Of a DNA stretch of 64,000 bases, positions 35,942 through 46,873 are shown piece by piece. The notes beneath the pieces were generated by a model that saw only the letters and a list, made by a program, of their open reading frames with translations, was not told where the DNA came from and did no database searches. The stretch lies in the NCBI RefSeq assembly GCF_029227855.1, contig NZ_CP074356.1, one strand, 5' to 3'. Every line of letters starts with the position of its first letter. Positions within the stretch are counted from its first letter, which is position 1. Position numbers and translations under genes: made by a program. The stretch is from Escherichia coli (lineage in GTDB: Bacteria; Pseudomonadota; Gammaproteobacteria; Enterobacterales; Enterobacteriaceae).

Positions 35942-38239
35942 ATGAAATGGCTATGTTCAGTAGGAATCGCGGTGAGTCTGGCCCTGCAGCCAGCACTGGC
36001 GGATGATTTATTCGGCAACCATCCATTAACGCCCGAAGCGCGGGATGCGTTCGTCACCGAACTGCTTAAGAAAATGACAGTTGATGAGAAAATTGGTCAG
36101 CTGCGCTTAATCAGCGTCGGCCCGGATAATCCGAAAGAGGCGATCCGCGAGATGATCAAAGACGGGCAGGTTGGGGCGATTTTCAACACCGTAACCCGTC
36201 AGGATATCCGCGCCATGCAGGATCAGGTGATGGAATTAAGCCGCCTGAAAATTCCTCTTTTCTTTGCTTACGACGTGCTGCACGGTCAGCGCACGGTGTT
36301 CCCGATTAGCCTCGGTCTGGCCTCGTCTTTTAACCTCAATGCGGTGAAAACAGTCGGGCGTGTCTCTGCTTATGAAGCGGCAGATGATGGCCTGAATATG
36401 ACCTGGGCACCGATGGTCGATGTCTCGCGCGATCCGCGCTGGGGACGTGCTTCCGAAGGTTTTGGCGAAGATACGTATCTCACCTCAATAATGGGTAAAA
36501 CCATGGTGGAAGCGATGCAGGGTAAAAGCCCGGCAGATCGCTACTCGGTGATGACCAGCGTCAAACACTTTGCCGCTTACGGCGCGGTAGAAGGCGGTAA
36601 AGAGTACAACACCGTCGATATGAGTCCGCAGCGCCTGTTTAATGATTATATGCCGCCGTACAAAGCGGGGCTGGACGCAGGCAGCGGCGCGGTGATGGTG
36701 GCGCTGAACTCGCTGAACGGCACGCCAGCCACCTCCGATTCATGGCTGCTGAAAGATGTTCTGCGCGACCAGTGGGGCTTTAAAGGCATCACCGTTTCCG
36801 ATCACGGCGCAATCAAAGAGCTGATTAAACATGGCACGGCGGCAGACCCGGAAGATGCGGTGCGCGTGGCGCTGAAATCCGGCATCAACATGAGTATGAG
36901 CGACGAGTACTACTCGAAGTATCTGCCTGGGTTGATCAAGTCTGGCAAAGTGACCATGGCAGAGCTGGATGACGCTGCCCGTCATGTACTGAACGTTAAA
37001 TATGATATGGGGTTGTTTAACGACCCGTACAGCCATCTCGGTCCGAAAGAGTCTGACCCGGTGGATACCAATGCCGAAAGCCGCCTGCACCGCAAAGAAG
37101 CGCGTGAAGTGGCACGCGAAAGCCTGGTGTTGCTGAAAAACCGTCTCGAAACGTTACCGCTGAAAAAATCAGCCACCATTGCGGTGGTTGGGCCACTGGC
37201 GGACAGCAAACGTGACGTGATGGGAAGCTGGTCCGCAGCCGGTGTTGCCGATCAATCCGTGACCGTACTGACCGGGATTAAAAATGCCGTCGGTGAAAAC
37301 GGTAAAGTGCTGTACGCCAAAGGGGCGAACGTCACCAGTGACAAAGGCATTATCGATTTCCTGAATCAGTATGAAGAGGCGGTCAAAGTCGATCCGCGTT
37401 CGCCGCAAGAGATGATTGATGAAGCGGTGCAAACCGCGAAACAATCTGATGTGGTGGTGGCTGTGGTCGGTGAAGCTCAGGGGATGGCGCACGAGGCTTC
37501 CAGCCGTACCGATATTACTATTCCGCAAAGCCAACGTGACTTGATTGCGGCGCTGAAAGCCACCGGTAAACCGCTGGTGCTGGTGCTGATGAACGGGCGT
37601 CCGCTGGCGCTGGTGAAAGAAGATCAGCAGGCTGATGCGATTCTGGAAACCTGGTTTGCGGGGACTGAAGGCGGTAATGCAATTGCCGATGTGTTGTTTG
37701 GTGATTACAACCCGTCCGGCAAGCTACCGATGTCCTTCCCGCGTTCTGTCGGGCAGATCCCTGTGTACTACAGCCATCTGAATACCGGGCGTCCGTATAA
37801 TGCCGACAAGCCGAACAAATACACGTCGCGTTATTTTGATGAAGCTAACGGGGCGCTTTATCCGTTCGGCTATGGTCTGAGCTATACCACTTTCACCGTC
37901 TCTGATGTGAAACTTTCTGCGCCGACCATGAAGCGTGACGGCAAAGTGACCGCCAGCGTGCAGGTGACGAACACCGGTAAGCGCGAAGGGGCGACGGTAG
38001 TGCAGATGTACTTGCAGGATGTGACGGCTTCCATGAGTCGTCCGGTGAAGCAGCTGAAAGGCTTTGAGAAAATCACCCTGAAACCGGGCGAAACTCAGAC
38101 CGTCAGCTTCCCGATTGATATTGAGGCGCTGAAGTTCTGGAATCAACAGATGAAATATGACGCCGAGCCTGGCAAGTTCAATGTCTTTATCGGCACTGAT
38201 TCCGCACGCGTTAAGAAAGGCGAGTTTGAGTTGCTGTAA
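35942..38239 (+). CDS. bglX: Periplasmic beta-glucosidase (GH3)
   Basis: ORF 35870..38239 trimmed to MKWLCSVGIAVSLALQPALA signal peptide (765 aa). Confidence 0.95.
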   Translation: MKWLCSVGIAVSLALQPALADDLFGNHPLTPEARDAFVTELLKKMTVDEKIGQLRLISVGPDNPKEAIREMIKDGQVGAIFNTVTRQDIRAMQDQVMELSRLKIPLFFAYDVLHGQRTVFPISLGLASSFNLNAVKTVGRVSAYEAADDGLNMTWAPMVDVSRDPRWGRASEGFGEDTYLTSIMGKTMVEAMQGKSPADRYSVMTSVKHFAAYGAVEGGKEYNTVDMSPQRLFNDYMPPYKAGLDAGSGAVMVALNSLNGTPATSDSWLLKDVLRDQWGFKGITVSDHGAIKELIKHGTAADPEDAVRVALKSGINMSMSDEYYSKYLPGLIKSGKVTMAELDDAARHVLNVKYDMGLFNDPYSHLGPKESDPVDTNAESRLHRKEAREVARESLVLLKNRLETLPLKKSATIAVVGPLADSKRDVMGSWSAAGVADQSVTVLTGIKNAVGENGKVLYAKGANVTSDKGIIDFLNQYEEAVKVDPRSPQEMIDEAVQTAKQSDVVVAVVGEAQGMAHEASSRTDITIPQSQRDLIAALKATGKPLVLVLMNGRPLALVKEDQQADAILETWFAGTEGGNAIADVLFGDYNPSGKLPMSFPRSVGQIPVYYSHLNTGRPYNADKPNKYTSRYFDEANGALYPFGYGLSYTTFTVSDVKLSAPTMKRDGKVTASVQVTNTGKREGATVVQMYLQDVTASMSRPVKQLKGFEKITLKPGETQTVSFPIDIEALKFWNQQMKYDAEPGKFNVFIGTDSARVKKGEFELL

Positions 38240-38248
38240 TGCTTTAGT

Positions 38249-38274
38249 AAGGGCGCGACGTTTGCGCCCTTTGC
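38249..38274 (+). terminator. Rho-independent terminator downstream of bglX
   Basis: aagggcgc-gacgttt-gcgccctt stem-loop plus T-run. Confidence 0.7.
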
Positions 38275-38313
38275 CTGATGTTCATATCTTAACTTGCTGA
38301 ATTTTCGCCCTTT

Positions 38314-38350
38314 GTAGGCCGGATAAGGCGCTCGCGCCGCATCCGGCAGG
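38314..38350. repeat. REP element
   Basis: gtaggccggataaggcgctcgcgccgcatccggcagg. Confidence 0.75.
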
Positions 38351-38490
38351 AAACGCCGGACCGAATATGCCTCTTAAGTATTTATCTGATTCTGCAACTG
38401 AATCCTTCCGCTCAGGCTAACCCCGCCATTATCAACTATGCTTTTCTCTTAATTCGCTGAAAACAACAGTAAAAGAATGAGGAAAGCATC

Positions 38491-39408
38491 ATGCCACTCT
38501 CAAAGGTCTGGGCAGGTTCACTGGTTCTGATGGCAGCCGTGAGCCTGCCGCTACAGGCGGCTTCCCCCGTTAAGGTCGGTTCAAAAATCGATACCGAAGG
38601 CGCGCTGCTCGGCAATATCATTTTGCAGGTGCTGGAAAGTCACGGTGTTCCTACGGTAAATAAAGTGCAACTGGGAACGACTCCCGTGGTGCGCGGGGCG
38701 ATTACTTCCGGTGAACTGGATATCTATCCGGAATATACCGGCAATGGCGCGTTTTTCTTTAAAGATGAAAACGATGCGGCATGGAAAAATGCCGGGCAGG
38801 GCTACGAGAAAGTCAAAAAGCTCGATGCAGAGCAAAACAAGTTAATCTGGCTGACGCCCGCACCTGCGAATAACACCTGGACCATCGCCGTGCGTCAGGA
38901 TGTGGCAGAGAAAAACAAACTCACTTCGCTTGCTGACCTGAGTCGTTATCTGAAAGAGGGCGGCACCTTCAAACTGGCTGCCTCAGCAGAGTTTATCGAA
39001 CGCGCCGATGCGTTACCCGCGTTTGAAAAAGCCTATGGCTTTAAGCTCGGTCAGGATCAGTTGCTGTCACTGGCTGGTGGCGACACGGCGGTGACGATCA
39101 AAGCCGCTGCCCAGCAAACCTCTGGCGTTAATGCGGCGATGGCTTACGGCACTGACGGCCCGGTCGCGGCGCTGGGGCTGCAAACCTTAAGCGATCCGCA
39201 AGGCGTGCAACCTATCTACGCGCCTGCACCAGTGGTGCGTGAGTCGGTGTTGAAAGAGTATCCACAAATGGCACAGTGGTTACAGCCAGTCTTCGCCAGC
39301 CTCGATGAAAAAACATTGCAGCAACTGAATGCCAGCATTGCTGTGGAAGGACTGGATGCCAAAAAAGTGGCTGCCGACTACCTGAAACAAAAAGGGTGGA
39401 CGAAGTAA
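38491..39408 (+). CDS. osmF: Glycine betaine/osmoprotectant-binding periplasmic protein
   Basis: 305 aa with signal peptide; first gene of osmF-yehYXW ABC operon. Confidence 0.9.
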   Translation: MPLSKVWAGSLVLMAAVSLPLQAASPVKVGSKIDTEGALLGNIILQVLESHGVPTVNKVQLGTTPVVRGAITSGELDIYPEYTGNGAFFFKDENDAAWKNAGQGYEKVKKLDAEQNKLIWLTPAPANNTWTIAVRQDVAEKNKLTSLADLSRYLKEGGTFKLAASAEFIERADALPAFEKAYGFKLGQDQLLSLAGGDTAVTIKAAAQQTSGVNAAMAYGTDGPVAALGLQTLSDPQGVQPIYAPAPVVRESVLKEYPQMAQWLQPVFASLDEKTLQQLNASIAVEGLDAKKVAADYLKQKGWTK

Positions 39409-39414
39409 TTTCCC

Positions 39415-40572
39415 GTGACTTATCTACGTATTAATCCTGTTCTGGCGCTGCTGCTGTTGCTGACGGCAATCGCAGCGGCGCTGCCGTTTATCAGTTACGC
39501 GCCTAATCGTTTAGTTTCGGGTGAGGGGCGTCATCTCTGGCAGCTGTGGCCGCAAACGATCTGGATGCTGGTGGGCGTTGGTTGCGCCTGGATGACAGCC
39601 TGTTTTATTCCCGCTAAAAAAGGCAGCATTTTTGCACTCATTCTGGCGCAATTCGTCTTCGTATTGCTGGTGTGGGGAGCAGGAAAGGCGGCGACACAAC
39701 TGGCACAAAATGGCAGTGCGCTGGCGCGTACCAGCCTCGGCAGTGGTTTCTGGCTGGCTGCGGCGCTGGCATTGCTGGCCTGTAGCGATGCCATCCGCCG
39801 AATCTCCACGCATCCGCTGTGGCGCTGGTTGTTGCATATGCAGATTGCCATCATTCCGCTGTGGTTACTGTACTCCGGCACGCTTAACGATCTCTCGCTA
39901 ATGAAAGAATACGCCAACCGTCAGGATGTGTTTGACGACGCGCTGGCACAACATCTGACGTTGCTGTTTGGTGCGGTGCTGCCTGCGTTAGTGATTGGTG
40001 TGCCGTTGGGCATCTGGTGCTACTTTTCCACCGCGCGGCAGGGGGCGATTTTTTCGCTACTCAATGTCATTCAGACCGTGCCTTCGGTGGCGCTCTTTGG
40101 CCTGTTGATTGCGCCGCTTGCCGCGCTGGTTACGGCCTTTCCGTGGCTGGGTAAGCTCGGCATAGCAGGAACCGGAATGACACCCGCACTGATTGCGCTG
40201 GTGCTCTATGCCTTGCTGCCGCTGGTGCGCGGCGTGGTAGTCGGCTTGAACCAGATCCCGCGCGATGTGCTGGAGAGCGCCAGAGCGATGGGCATGAGCG
40301 GGGCGCAGCGATTCCTGCATGTTCAGTTACCGCTGGCGTTACCGGTATTTCTGCGTAGCCTGCGGGTGGTGATGGTGCAAACCGTCGGCATGGCGGTGAT
40401 TGCGGCGTTAATCGGCGCAGGCGGTTTTGGTGCGCTGGTTTTCCAGGGGCTGCTAAGCAGTGCCATTGATTTAGTGTTGCTGGGGGTGATCCCGGTAATT
40501 GTTCTGGCGGTGCTGATCGATGCGCTGTTCGATTTGCTTATCGCACTGCTGAAGGTGAAACGTAATGATTGA
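39415..40572 (+). CDS. yehY: Osmoprotectant ABC transporter permease
   Basis: 385 aa membrane permease. Confidence 0.9.
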   Translation: MTYLRINPVLALLLLLTAIAAALPFISYAPNRLVSGEGRHLWQLWPQTIWMLVGVGCAWMTACFIPAKKGSIFALILAQFVFVLLVWGAGKAATQLAQNGSALARTSLGSGFWLAAALALLACSDAIRRISTHPLWRWLLHMQIAIIPLWLLYSGTLNDLSLMKEYANRQDVFDDALAQHLTLLFGAVLPALVIGVPLGIWCYFSTARQGAIFSLLNVIQTVPSVALFGLLIAPLAALVTAFPWLGKLGIAGTGMTPALIALVLYALLPLVRGVVVGLNQIPRDVLESARAMGMSGAQRFLHVQLPLALPVFLRSLRVVMVQTVGMAVIAALIGAGGFGALVFQGLLSSAIDLVLLGVIPVIVLAVLIDALFDLLIALLKVKRND

Positions 40573-41491
40573 ATTTAGCCATGTCAGCAAACTGTTCGGC
40601 GCACAAAAAGCCGTTAACGATCTCAATCTCAATTTTCAGGAAGGGAGTTTTTCGGTGCTGATTGGTACATCAGGCTCCGGCAAATCCACCACCCTGAAAA
40701 TGATCAACCGCCTGGTGGAGCATGACAGCGGCGTGATCCGCTTTGCCGGAGAAGAAATTCGCTCGCTGCCAGTACTGGAGTTGCGCCGCCGGATGGGCTA
40801 CGCCATTCAATCTATTGGCCTGTTCCCCCACTGGAGCGTGGCGCAAAACATCGCTACCGTGCCGCAATTACAAAAATGGTCGCGGGCGCGGATTGACGAT
40901 CGTATCGACGAATTAATGGCGCTACTGGGGCTGGAGCCAAATTTGCGTGAGCGTTATCCGCATCAGCTTTCTGGCGGTCAGCAGCAACGTGTGGGAGTGG
41001 CGCGCGCACTGGCTGCCGATCCGCAAGTCTTACTGATGGATGAACCTTTTGGCGCACTGGACCCGGTAACGCGCGGCGCGTTGCAACAAGAGATGACGCG
41101 CATTCACCGTTTGCTGGGGCGCACTATTGTGCTGGTCACTCATGATATTGATGAGGCGCTACGGCTGGCAGAACATCTGGTATTGATGGATCACGGTGAA
41201 GTGGTGCAGCAGGGCAATCCGCTGACGATGCTGACTCGTCCGGCGAATGATTTTGTCCGCCAGTTTTTTGGGCATAGTGAACTGGGTGTCCGCCTGCTTT
41301 CGTTACGTAGCGTGGCGGATTACGTGCGTCGCGAAGAACGGGCAGAAGGTGAGGCGCTGGCAGAAGAGATGACGCTACGCGATGCGCTCTCCCTGTTTGT
41401 CGCGCGGAGATGTGAAGTGCTGCCGGTGGTGAACACGCAGGGCGAGCCTTGCGGCACGCTGCATTTTCAGGATCTGCTGGTGGAGGCGTAA
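40565..41491 (+). CDS. yehX: Osmoprotectant ABC transporter ATP-binding protein
   Basis: 308 aa; Walker [18 protein letters not shown] signature. Confidence 0.9.
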   Translation: MIEFSHVSKLFGAQKAVNDLNLNFQEGSFSVLIGTSGSGKSTTLKMINRLVEHDSGVIRFAGEEIRSLPVLELRRRMGYAIQSIGLFPHWSVAQNIATVPQLQKWSRARIDDRIDELMALLGLEPNLRERYPHQLSGGQQQRVGVARALAADPQVLLMDEPFGALDPVTRGALQQEMTRIHRLLGRTIVLVTHDIDEALRLAEHLVLMDHGEVVQQGNPLTMLTRPANDFVRQFFGHSELGVRLLSLRSVADYVRREERAEGEALAEEMTLRDALSLFVARRCEVLPVVNTQGEPCGTLHFQDLLVEA

Positions 41492-41495
41492 GCGT

Positions 41496-42227
41496 ATGAA
41501 GATGTTGCGCGATCCGCTGTTCTGGCTCATTGCTCTGTTTGTGGCGCTGATTTTCTGGCTGCCTTACAGCCAGCCGCTGTTTGCCGCCTTGTTCCCACAA
41601 CTGCCACGACCCGTTTATCAGCAAGAAAGTTTTGCAGTTCTGGCACTGGCTCATTTCTGGCTGGTGGGAATTTCGAGTTTGTTTGCGGTGATCATTGGTA
41701 CTGGTGCCGGAATTGCTGTCACTCGCCCTTGGGGCGCGGAATTTCGCCCACTGGTGGAAACTATTGCCGCCGTTGGACAGACTTTTCCGCCCGTCGCGGT
41801 GCTGGCGATTGCCGTTCCGGTGATCGGCTTTGGTCTGCAACCCGCGATTATCGCCTTGATCCTTTACGGCGTGCTGCCCGTCCTGCAGGCAACACTTGCC
41901 GGGCTGGGAGCGATTGATGCCAGCGTGACAGAAGTTGCGAAAGGTATGGGAATGAGCCGTGGTCAGCGACTGCGTAAGGTCGAGCTACCGCTGGCGGCTC
42001 CGGTGATTCTGGCGGGCGTGCGAACTTCGGTGATTATCAACATTGGTACGGCGACGATCGCCTCAACGGTAGGGGCCAGCACGCTGGGTACGCCGATCAT
42101 CATCGGGCTTAGCGGATTTAATACCGCGTATGTGATCCAGGGGGCGTTACTGGTGGCACTGGCGGCGATCATTGCAGACCGCCTGTTTGAAAGGCTGGTG
42201 CAGGCGCTTAGCCAGCACGCAAAATAA
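41496..42227 (+). CDS. yehW: Osmoprotectant ABC transporter permease
   Basis: 243 aa. Confidence 0.9.
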
Positions 42228-42316
42228 AGGTATAACCTGCGAGCATGACGCCACCAATTCCGCCTAACGCCATAAACAGGAACAGGGCGATGACCCCAAT
42301 TTTAGCTATGCGCATA
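42209..42316 (-). CDS. yohO: Small membrane protein YohO (35 aa)
   Basis: Minus-strand [38 protein letters not shown], convergent with and overlapping the 3' end of yehW; below ORF-track cut-off. Confidence 0.6.
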
Positions 42317-42374
42317 ATGCACTCCTTATGTTAACGAAAGGATTGTACAGTAAAGCGCATTTGTTAACGAATCA

Positions 42375-43106
42375 TTAAATGCCGAGTGGGAAAATATCAT
42401 GGCCTTGTTCCTGCCAACTGGTAAGTTGCTGCTGTTGGGCAGAGGTTCGATTTTCACCGCACCACACCAGCAATGTACGGCCTTCGAACAGTTCAGGGCG
42501 TAGTTGATTGAGCGAGTGGGCGAGGACATCAATGCGCCATCCTTGTTGACTGGCAATCCAGCCCTCCAGCCACAGACGGGTGGTATCGTGAATATTCCAG
42601 CCAACCACCAGCGCATCTTTACCCTGTTTTTTACGTGCCGAAGCCAGACAAATGGCGATGTAGTTGATCAGTACGCCGTCGAGGATCGCCAGCAGCGCCT
42701 GGAGAGTCGGTTGTTGGCACTGAAGTCGTCGGCGCAGAGGAATAAACAGATGCGTGGTGAGTGTCTGGGCGGGGTAATCCTGACCGCGCTCTTTGATCCA
42801 CGTTCGCAGGCTATGCAGATTGCCGCTTTGCAGGTAAGTCAGTAATGTTTCTTGCTGATCGCGCCAGCCGTTCTGCACATCAACATTTTCATTACTGAGC
42901 AGCATTTTAACTTTGCTGACCTGCACGCCGTTGTCGATCCAGCGTTTGATCTCGCGGATCCGGTCAATATCGGCATCGTTGAACAGCCGATGGCCGCCGT
43001 CTGTCCGTTGCGGTTTCAGCAATCCGTAACGCCTCTGACACGCGCGTAACGTGACAGGGTTAATATCACAAAGCAACGCCACTTCACCAATTGTGTAAAG
43101 CGCCAT
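42375..43106 (-). CDS. mlrA: MerR-family regulator MlrA (curli/csgD activator)
   Basis: 243 aa; N-terminal MerR HTH. Confidence 0.9.
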   Translation of the reverse strand: MALYTIGEVALLCDINPVTLRACQRRYGLLKPQRTDGGHRLFNDADIDRIREIKRWIDNGVQVSKVKMLLSNENVDVQNGWRDQQETLLTYLQSGNLHSLRTWIKERGQDYPAQTLTTHLFIPLRRRLQCQQPTLQALLAILDGVLINYIAICLASARKKQGKDALVVGWNIHDTTRLWLEGWIASQQGWRIDVLAHSLNQLRPELFEGRTLLVWCGENRTSAQQQQLTSWQEQGHDIFPLGI

Positions 43107-43327
43107 CGTCTCACCCTTGCTCGCGAGGTCCCGGTTTAACTTTAGACGCAGTTTTGCGAACCAGGTAGTTTTGCCCGTTTTTTGTGCATCTATAGGGTGA
43201 TTTTATTTTTGCCAGGCGATTTTGAGTGATCGTACTCACGAATTCTCATTTTTCTGCAAGAGTTCAAAGAAAGTTAAACGCAGGCAATGTATGTTACGCG
43301 TTTTAAAGGGAAGTGTGGTTTGCGGGT

Positions 43328-45013
43328 ATGTACGATTTTAATCTGGTGTTGCTGCTGCTTCAGCAGATGTGCGTTTTTTTAGTCATTGCGTGGTTAATGA
43401 GTAAAACCCCATTATTCATACCGTTAATGCAGGTCACGGTTCGTCTGCCGCATAAATTTCTCTGCTACATCGTCTTTTCCATCTTCTGCATCATGGGCAC
43501 CTGGTTTGGGTTGCACATTGACGATTCTATTGCCAATACCCGTGCGATAGGCGCGGTAATGGGCGGCTTGCTCGGCGGTCCGGTCGTCGGTGGGCTGGTT
43601 GGTCTGACCGGCGGGTTACATCGATATTCGATGGGGGGCATGACCGCGCTAAGTTGCATGATCTCGACCATCGTTGAAGGATTGCTCGGCGGCCTGGTAC
43701 ACAGCATCCTGATCCGTCGCGGGCGCACTGATAAAGTCTTTAACCCCATTACCGCCGGTGCCGTCACGTTCGTCGCTGAAATGGTGCAAATGTTGATCAT
43801 CCTGGCGATCGCCCGACCTTATGAAGATGCGGTGCGTCTGGTGAGTAATATTGCTGCGCCAATGATGGTTACCAATACCGTCGGCGCGGCGCTGTTTATG
43901 CGTATATTGCTCGATAAACGCGCGATGTTTGAAAAATACACTTCGGCTTTTTCTGCCACTGCGCTAAAAGTGGCTGCCTCGACGGAAGGCATTTTGCGCC
44001 AGGGGTTTAACGAAGTGAACAGCATGAAAGTGGCACAGGTGCTGTATCAGGAGCTGGATATTGGTGCAGTCGCGATTACCGATCGAGAGAAATTGCTGGC
44101 TTTTACCGGAATTGGTGACGATCACCATTTACCCGGCAAACCGATTTCTTCGACTTACACCTTAAAAGCGATTGAAACCGGTGAAGTGGTCTACGCTGAT
44201 GGCAACGAAGTACCTTATCGTTGCTCTTTGCATCCGCAATGCAAACTGGGGTCGACGCTGGTAATTCCGTTGCGTGGTGAAAATCAGCGGGTGATGGGCA
44301 CCATCAAATTGTATGAAGCCAAAAACCGTTTATTCAGTTCAATCAACCGCACGCTGGGCGAGGGGATTGCGCAACTGCTTTCGGCGCAGATCCTCGCCGG
44401 GCAATATGAGCGGCAAAAAGCGATGCTCACCCAGTCAGAGATCAAACTGCTTCACGCCCAGGTGAACCCCCATTTTTTGTTTAATGCGCTTAACACCATT
44501 AAAGCGGTGATCCGTCGCGACAGCGAACAGGCCAGCCAGCTGGTCCAGTATCTTTCCACTTTTTTCCGCAAAAACTTAAAGCGGCCTTCGGAGTTTGTTA
44601 CTCTCGCCGACGAAATTGAACATGTGAACGCTTATCTGCAAATTGAAAAGGCGCGCTTCCAGTCGCGGTTGCAGGTCAACATTGCTATTCCGCAAGAATT
44701 ATCCCAGCAGCAATTGCCCGCGTTTACCCTGCAACCGATAGTGGAAAACGCCATTAAACATGGGACATCACAACTGCTGGATACAGGGCGAGTGGCGATC
44801 AGCGCCCGACGTGAGGGGCAACATTTGATGCTGGAGATCGAAGACAATGCCGGTTTGTATCAACCGGTAACCAATGCCAGTGGGCTGGGGATGAATCTGG
44901 TGGATAAGCGTTTACGTGAACGGTTTGGCGATGACTATGGGATAAGCGTCGCCTGTGAGCCTGATTGTTACACCCGAATAACGTTACGACTACCATGGAG
45001 GGACGAGGCATGA
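43328..45013 (+). CDS. btsS: LytS-type sensor histidine kinase BtsS
   Basis: ORF 43313..45013 trimmed to [10 protein letters not shown]..; 5TM-LytS, GAF and His-kinase domains. Confidence 0.9.
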   Translation: MYDFNLVLLLLQQMCVFLVIAWLMSKTPLFIPLMQVTVRLPHKFLCYIVFSIFCIMGTWFGLHIDDSIANTRAIGAVMGGLLGGPVVGGLVGLTGGLHRYSMGGMTALSCMISTIVEGLLGGLVHSILIRRGRTDKVFNPITAGAVTFVAEMVQMLIILAIARPYEDAVRLVSNIAAPMMVTNTVGAALFMRILLDKRAMFEKYTSAFSATALKVAASTEGILRQGFNEVNSMKVAQVLYQELDIGAVAITDREKLLAFTGIGDDHHLPGKPISSTYTLKAIETGEVVYADGNEVPYRCSLHPQCKLGSTLVIPLRGENQRVMGTIKLYEAKNRLFSSINRTLGEGIAQLLSAQILAGQYERQKAMLTQSEIKLLHAQVNPHFLFNALNTIKAVIRRDSEQASQLVQYLSTFFRKNLKRPSEFVTLADEIEHVNAYLQIEKARFQSRLQVNIAIPQELSQQQLPAFTLQPIVENAIKHGTSQLLDTGRVAISARREGQHLMLEIEDNAGLYQPVTNASGLGMNLVDKRLRERFGDDYGISVACEPDCYTRITLRLPWRDEA

Positions 45014-45729
45014 TTAAAGTCTTAATTGTCGATGATGAACCGCTTGCACGGGAGAACCTGCGCGTATTTTTGCAGGAGCAGAGCGATATTGAAATCGTTG
45101 GTGAGTGTTCAAACGCCGTGGAAGGGATCGGCGCGGTGCATAAACTGCGCCCGGATGTGCTGTTTCTCGATATCCAGATGCCGCGCATCAGTGGTCTTGA
45201 AATGGTGGGGATGCTCGACCCGGAACATCGTCCGTATATTGTTTTTCTCACCGCGTTTGATGAATACGCCATTAAAGCCTTTGAAGAACATGCCTTTGAT
45301 TATCTGCTGAAGCCAATTGATGAAGCGCGACTGGAGAAAACGCTGGCGCGATTGCGTCTGGAGCGCAGCAAGCAGGATGTTTCGCTGTTACCGGAAAATC
45401 AACAGGCGCTGAAATTTATCCCTTGTACGGGGCATAGTCGGATTTATTTGCTGCAAATGAAAGATGTAGCATTTGTCAGCAGTCGGATGAGCGGTGTCTA
45501 CGTTACCAGTCACGAAGGGAAAGAGGGCTTTACCGAACTGACATTACGTACCCTGGAGAGTCGTACACCACTACTACGCTGCCATCGTCAGTATCTGGTT
45601 AACCTCGCGCATTTACAGGAGATTCGTCTGGAAGATAACGGCCAGGCCGAGTTGATTTTGCGTAATGGCTTAACCGTGCCGGTCAGCCGCCGTTATCTGA
45701 AAAGCTTAAAAGAGGCGATTGGCCTGTAA
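45010..45729 (+). CDS. btsR: LytTR-family response regulator BtsR
   Basis: Start [16 protein letters not shown]; 4-bp ATGA overlap with btsS stop. Confidence 0.9.
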   Translation: MIKVLIVDDEPLARENLRVFLQEQSDIEIVGECSNAVEGIGAVHKLRPDVLFLDIQMPRISGLEMVGMLDPEHRPYIVFLTAFDEYAIKAFEEHAFDYLLKPIDEARLEKTLARLRLERSKQDVSLLPENQQALKFIPCTGHSRIYLLQMKDVAFVSSRMSGVYVTSHEGKEGFTELTLRTLESRTPLLRCHRQYLVNLAHLQEIRLEDNGQAELILRNGLTVPVSRRYLKSLKEAIGL

Positions 45730-45775
45730 AAGACTGCTAGAATGGCTTTTTGCCTCATCAACACCTGAAGGCCTC

Positions 45776-46246
45776 ATGCTAAGTAACGATATTCTGCGCA
45801 GCGTGCGCTACATTTTGAAAGCCAATAATAATGACCTGGTGCGTATTCTGGCGCTGGGTAATGTCGAAGCCACCGCGGAACAGATCGCCGTCTGGCTACG
45901 TAAAGAAGACGAAGAGGGTTTTCAGCGTTGTCCGGACATTGTTTTGTCGTCATTCCTCAATGGCCTGATTTATGAAAAACGCGGCAAGGATGAGTCTGCT
46001 CCGGCACTGGAGCCGGAACGTCGCATTAATAACAACATCGTGCTGAAAAAATTACGCATCGCGTTTTCGCTGAAAACCGATGATATTCTGGCGATCCTTA
46101 CCGAACAGCAGTTCCGCGTTTCGATGCCGGAAATTACAGCGATGATGCGCGCACCGGATCATAAAAACTTCCGCGAATGCGGCGATCAATTTTTACGTTA
46201 TTTTCTGCGTGGACTGGCAGCGCGCCAGCATGTGAAGAAAAGCTAA
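45776..46246 (+). CDS. yehS: DUF1456 protein YehS
   Basis: ORF 45719..46246 trimmed to MLSNDILRSV.. Confidence 0.75.
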   Translation: MLSNDILRSVRYILKANNNDLVRILALGNVEATAEQIAVWLRKEDEEGFQRCPDIVLSSFLNGLIYEKRGKDESAPALEPERRINNNIVLKKLRIAFSLKTDDILAILTEQQFRVSMPEITAMMRAPDHKNFRECGDQFLRYFLRGLAARQHVKKS

Positions 46247-46287
46247 GACGGGTATGGCGGCCATGCAAAAACATGGCCGCCGACAGA

Positions 46288-46749
46288 TTATTTCACTTCT
46301 TTAAAACCAGCGGCTTTCATCACCAGTTCCATTTGCGCCATAGTGATACCTTTTTTGGCATCTTCAGCAGAAACGTTGATTCCTGAAATACCCTGCAGGG
46401 CTTTGAAATCCACTTTTTCCATATCGATAGTCACGTTTTCCTGCGCGTAAGTATCGGTATAGGTTAATTTTTCTTCAACACCCGCGATGTTTTTGTATTT
46501 GGCGCTTAACGGCTCAAGTGTCTTGGCAGCGTCTTCTTTGGTGGTTGCACCAATGGAGGCAAATTGAATTTTGGTTTCAGAAGATTGCTTAAGCACCTTG
46601 TCACCTTTGTAGACATAGGTAATGGCAATTTCAGTACCGTTCAGATTGGCGCTGAATTTTTTCGATTCTTCTTTGTCACCGCAGCCAGCAAGAGAGAAAA
46701 CCAGAACAGATGCAACAACGAGGGAAAACAGCTTATTGAAAGCCTTCAT
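46288..46749 (-). CDS. yehR: DUF1307 lipoprotein YehR
   Basis: ORF trimmed to MKAFNKLFSL..; lipobox LAGC. Confidence 0.8.
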   Translation of the reverse strand: MKAFNKLFSLVVASVLVFSLAGCGDKEESKKFSANLNGTEIAITYVYKGDKVLKQSSETKIQFASIGATTKEDAAKTLEPLSAKYKNIAGVEEKLTYTDTYAQENVTIDMEKVDFKALQGISGINVSAEDAKKGITMAQMELVMKAAGFKEVK

Positions 46750-46873
46750 GTAAAACTCCATTTTATTTAATCAAGAAACTGGTGACTCTCACCAGGAGCT
46801 ATATAGGATATGCCTAACACCGTGACGTGAGCAGTCCGGAACTGGAGTGGAACTCTTAGTAAAAAGCACTATT

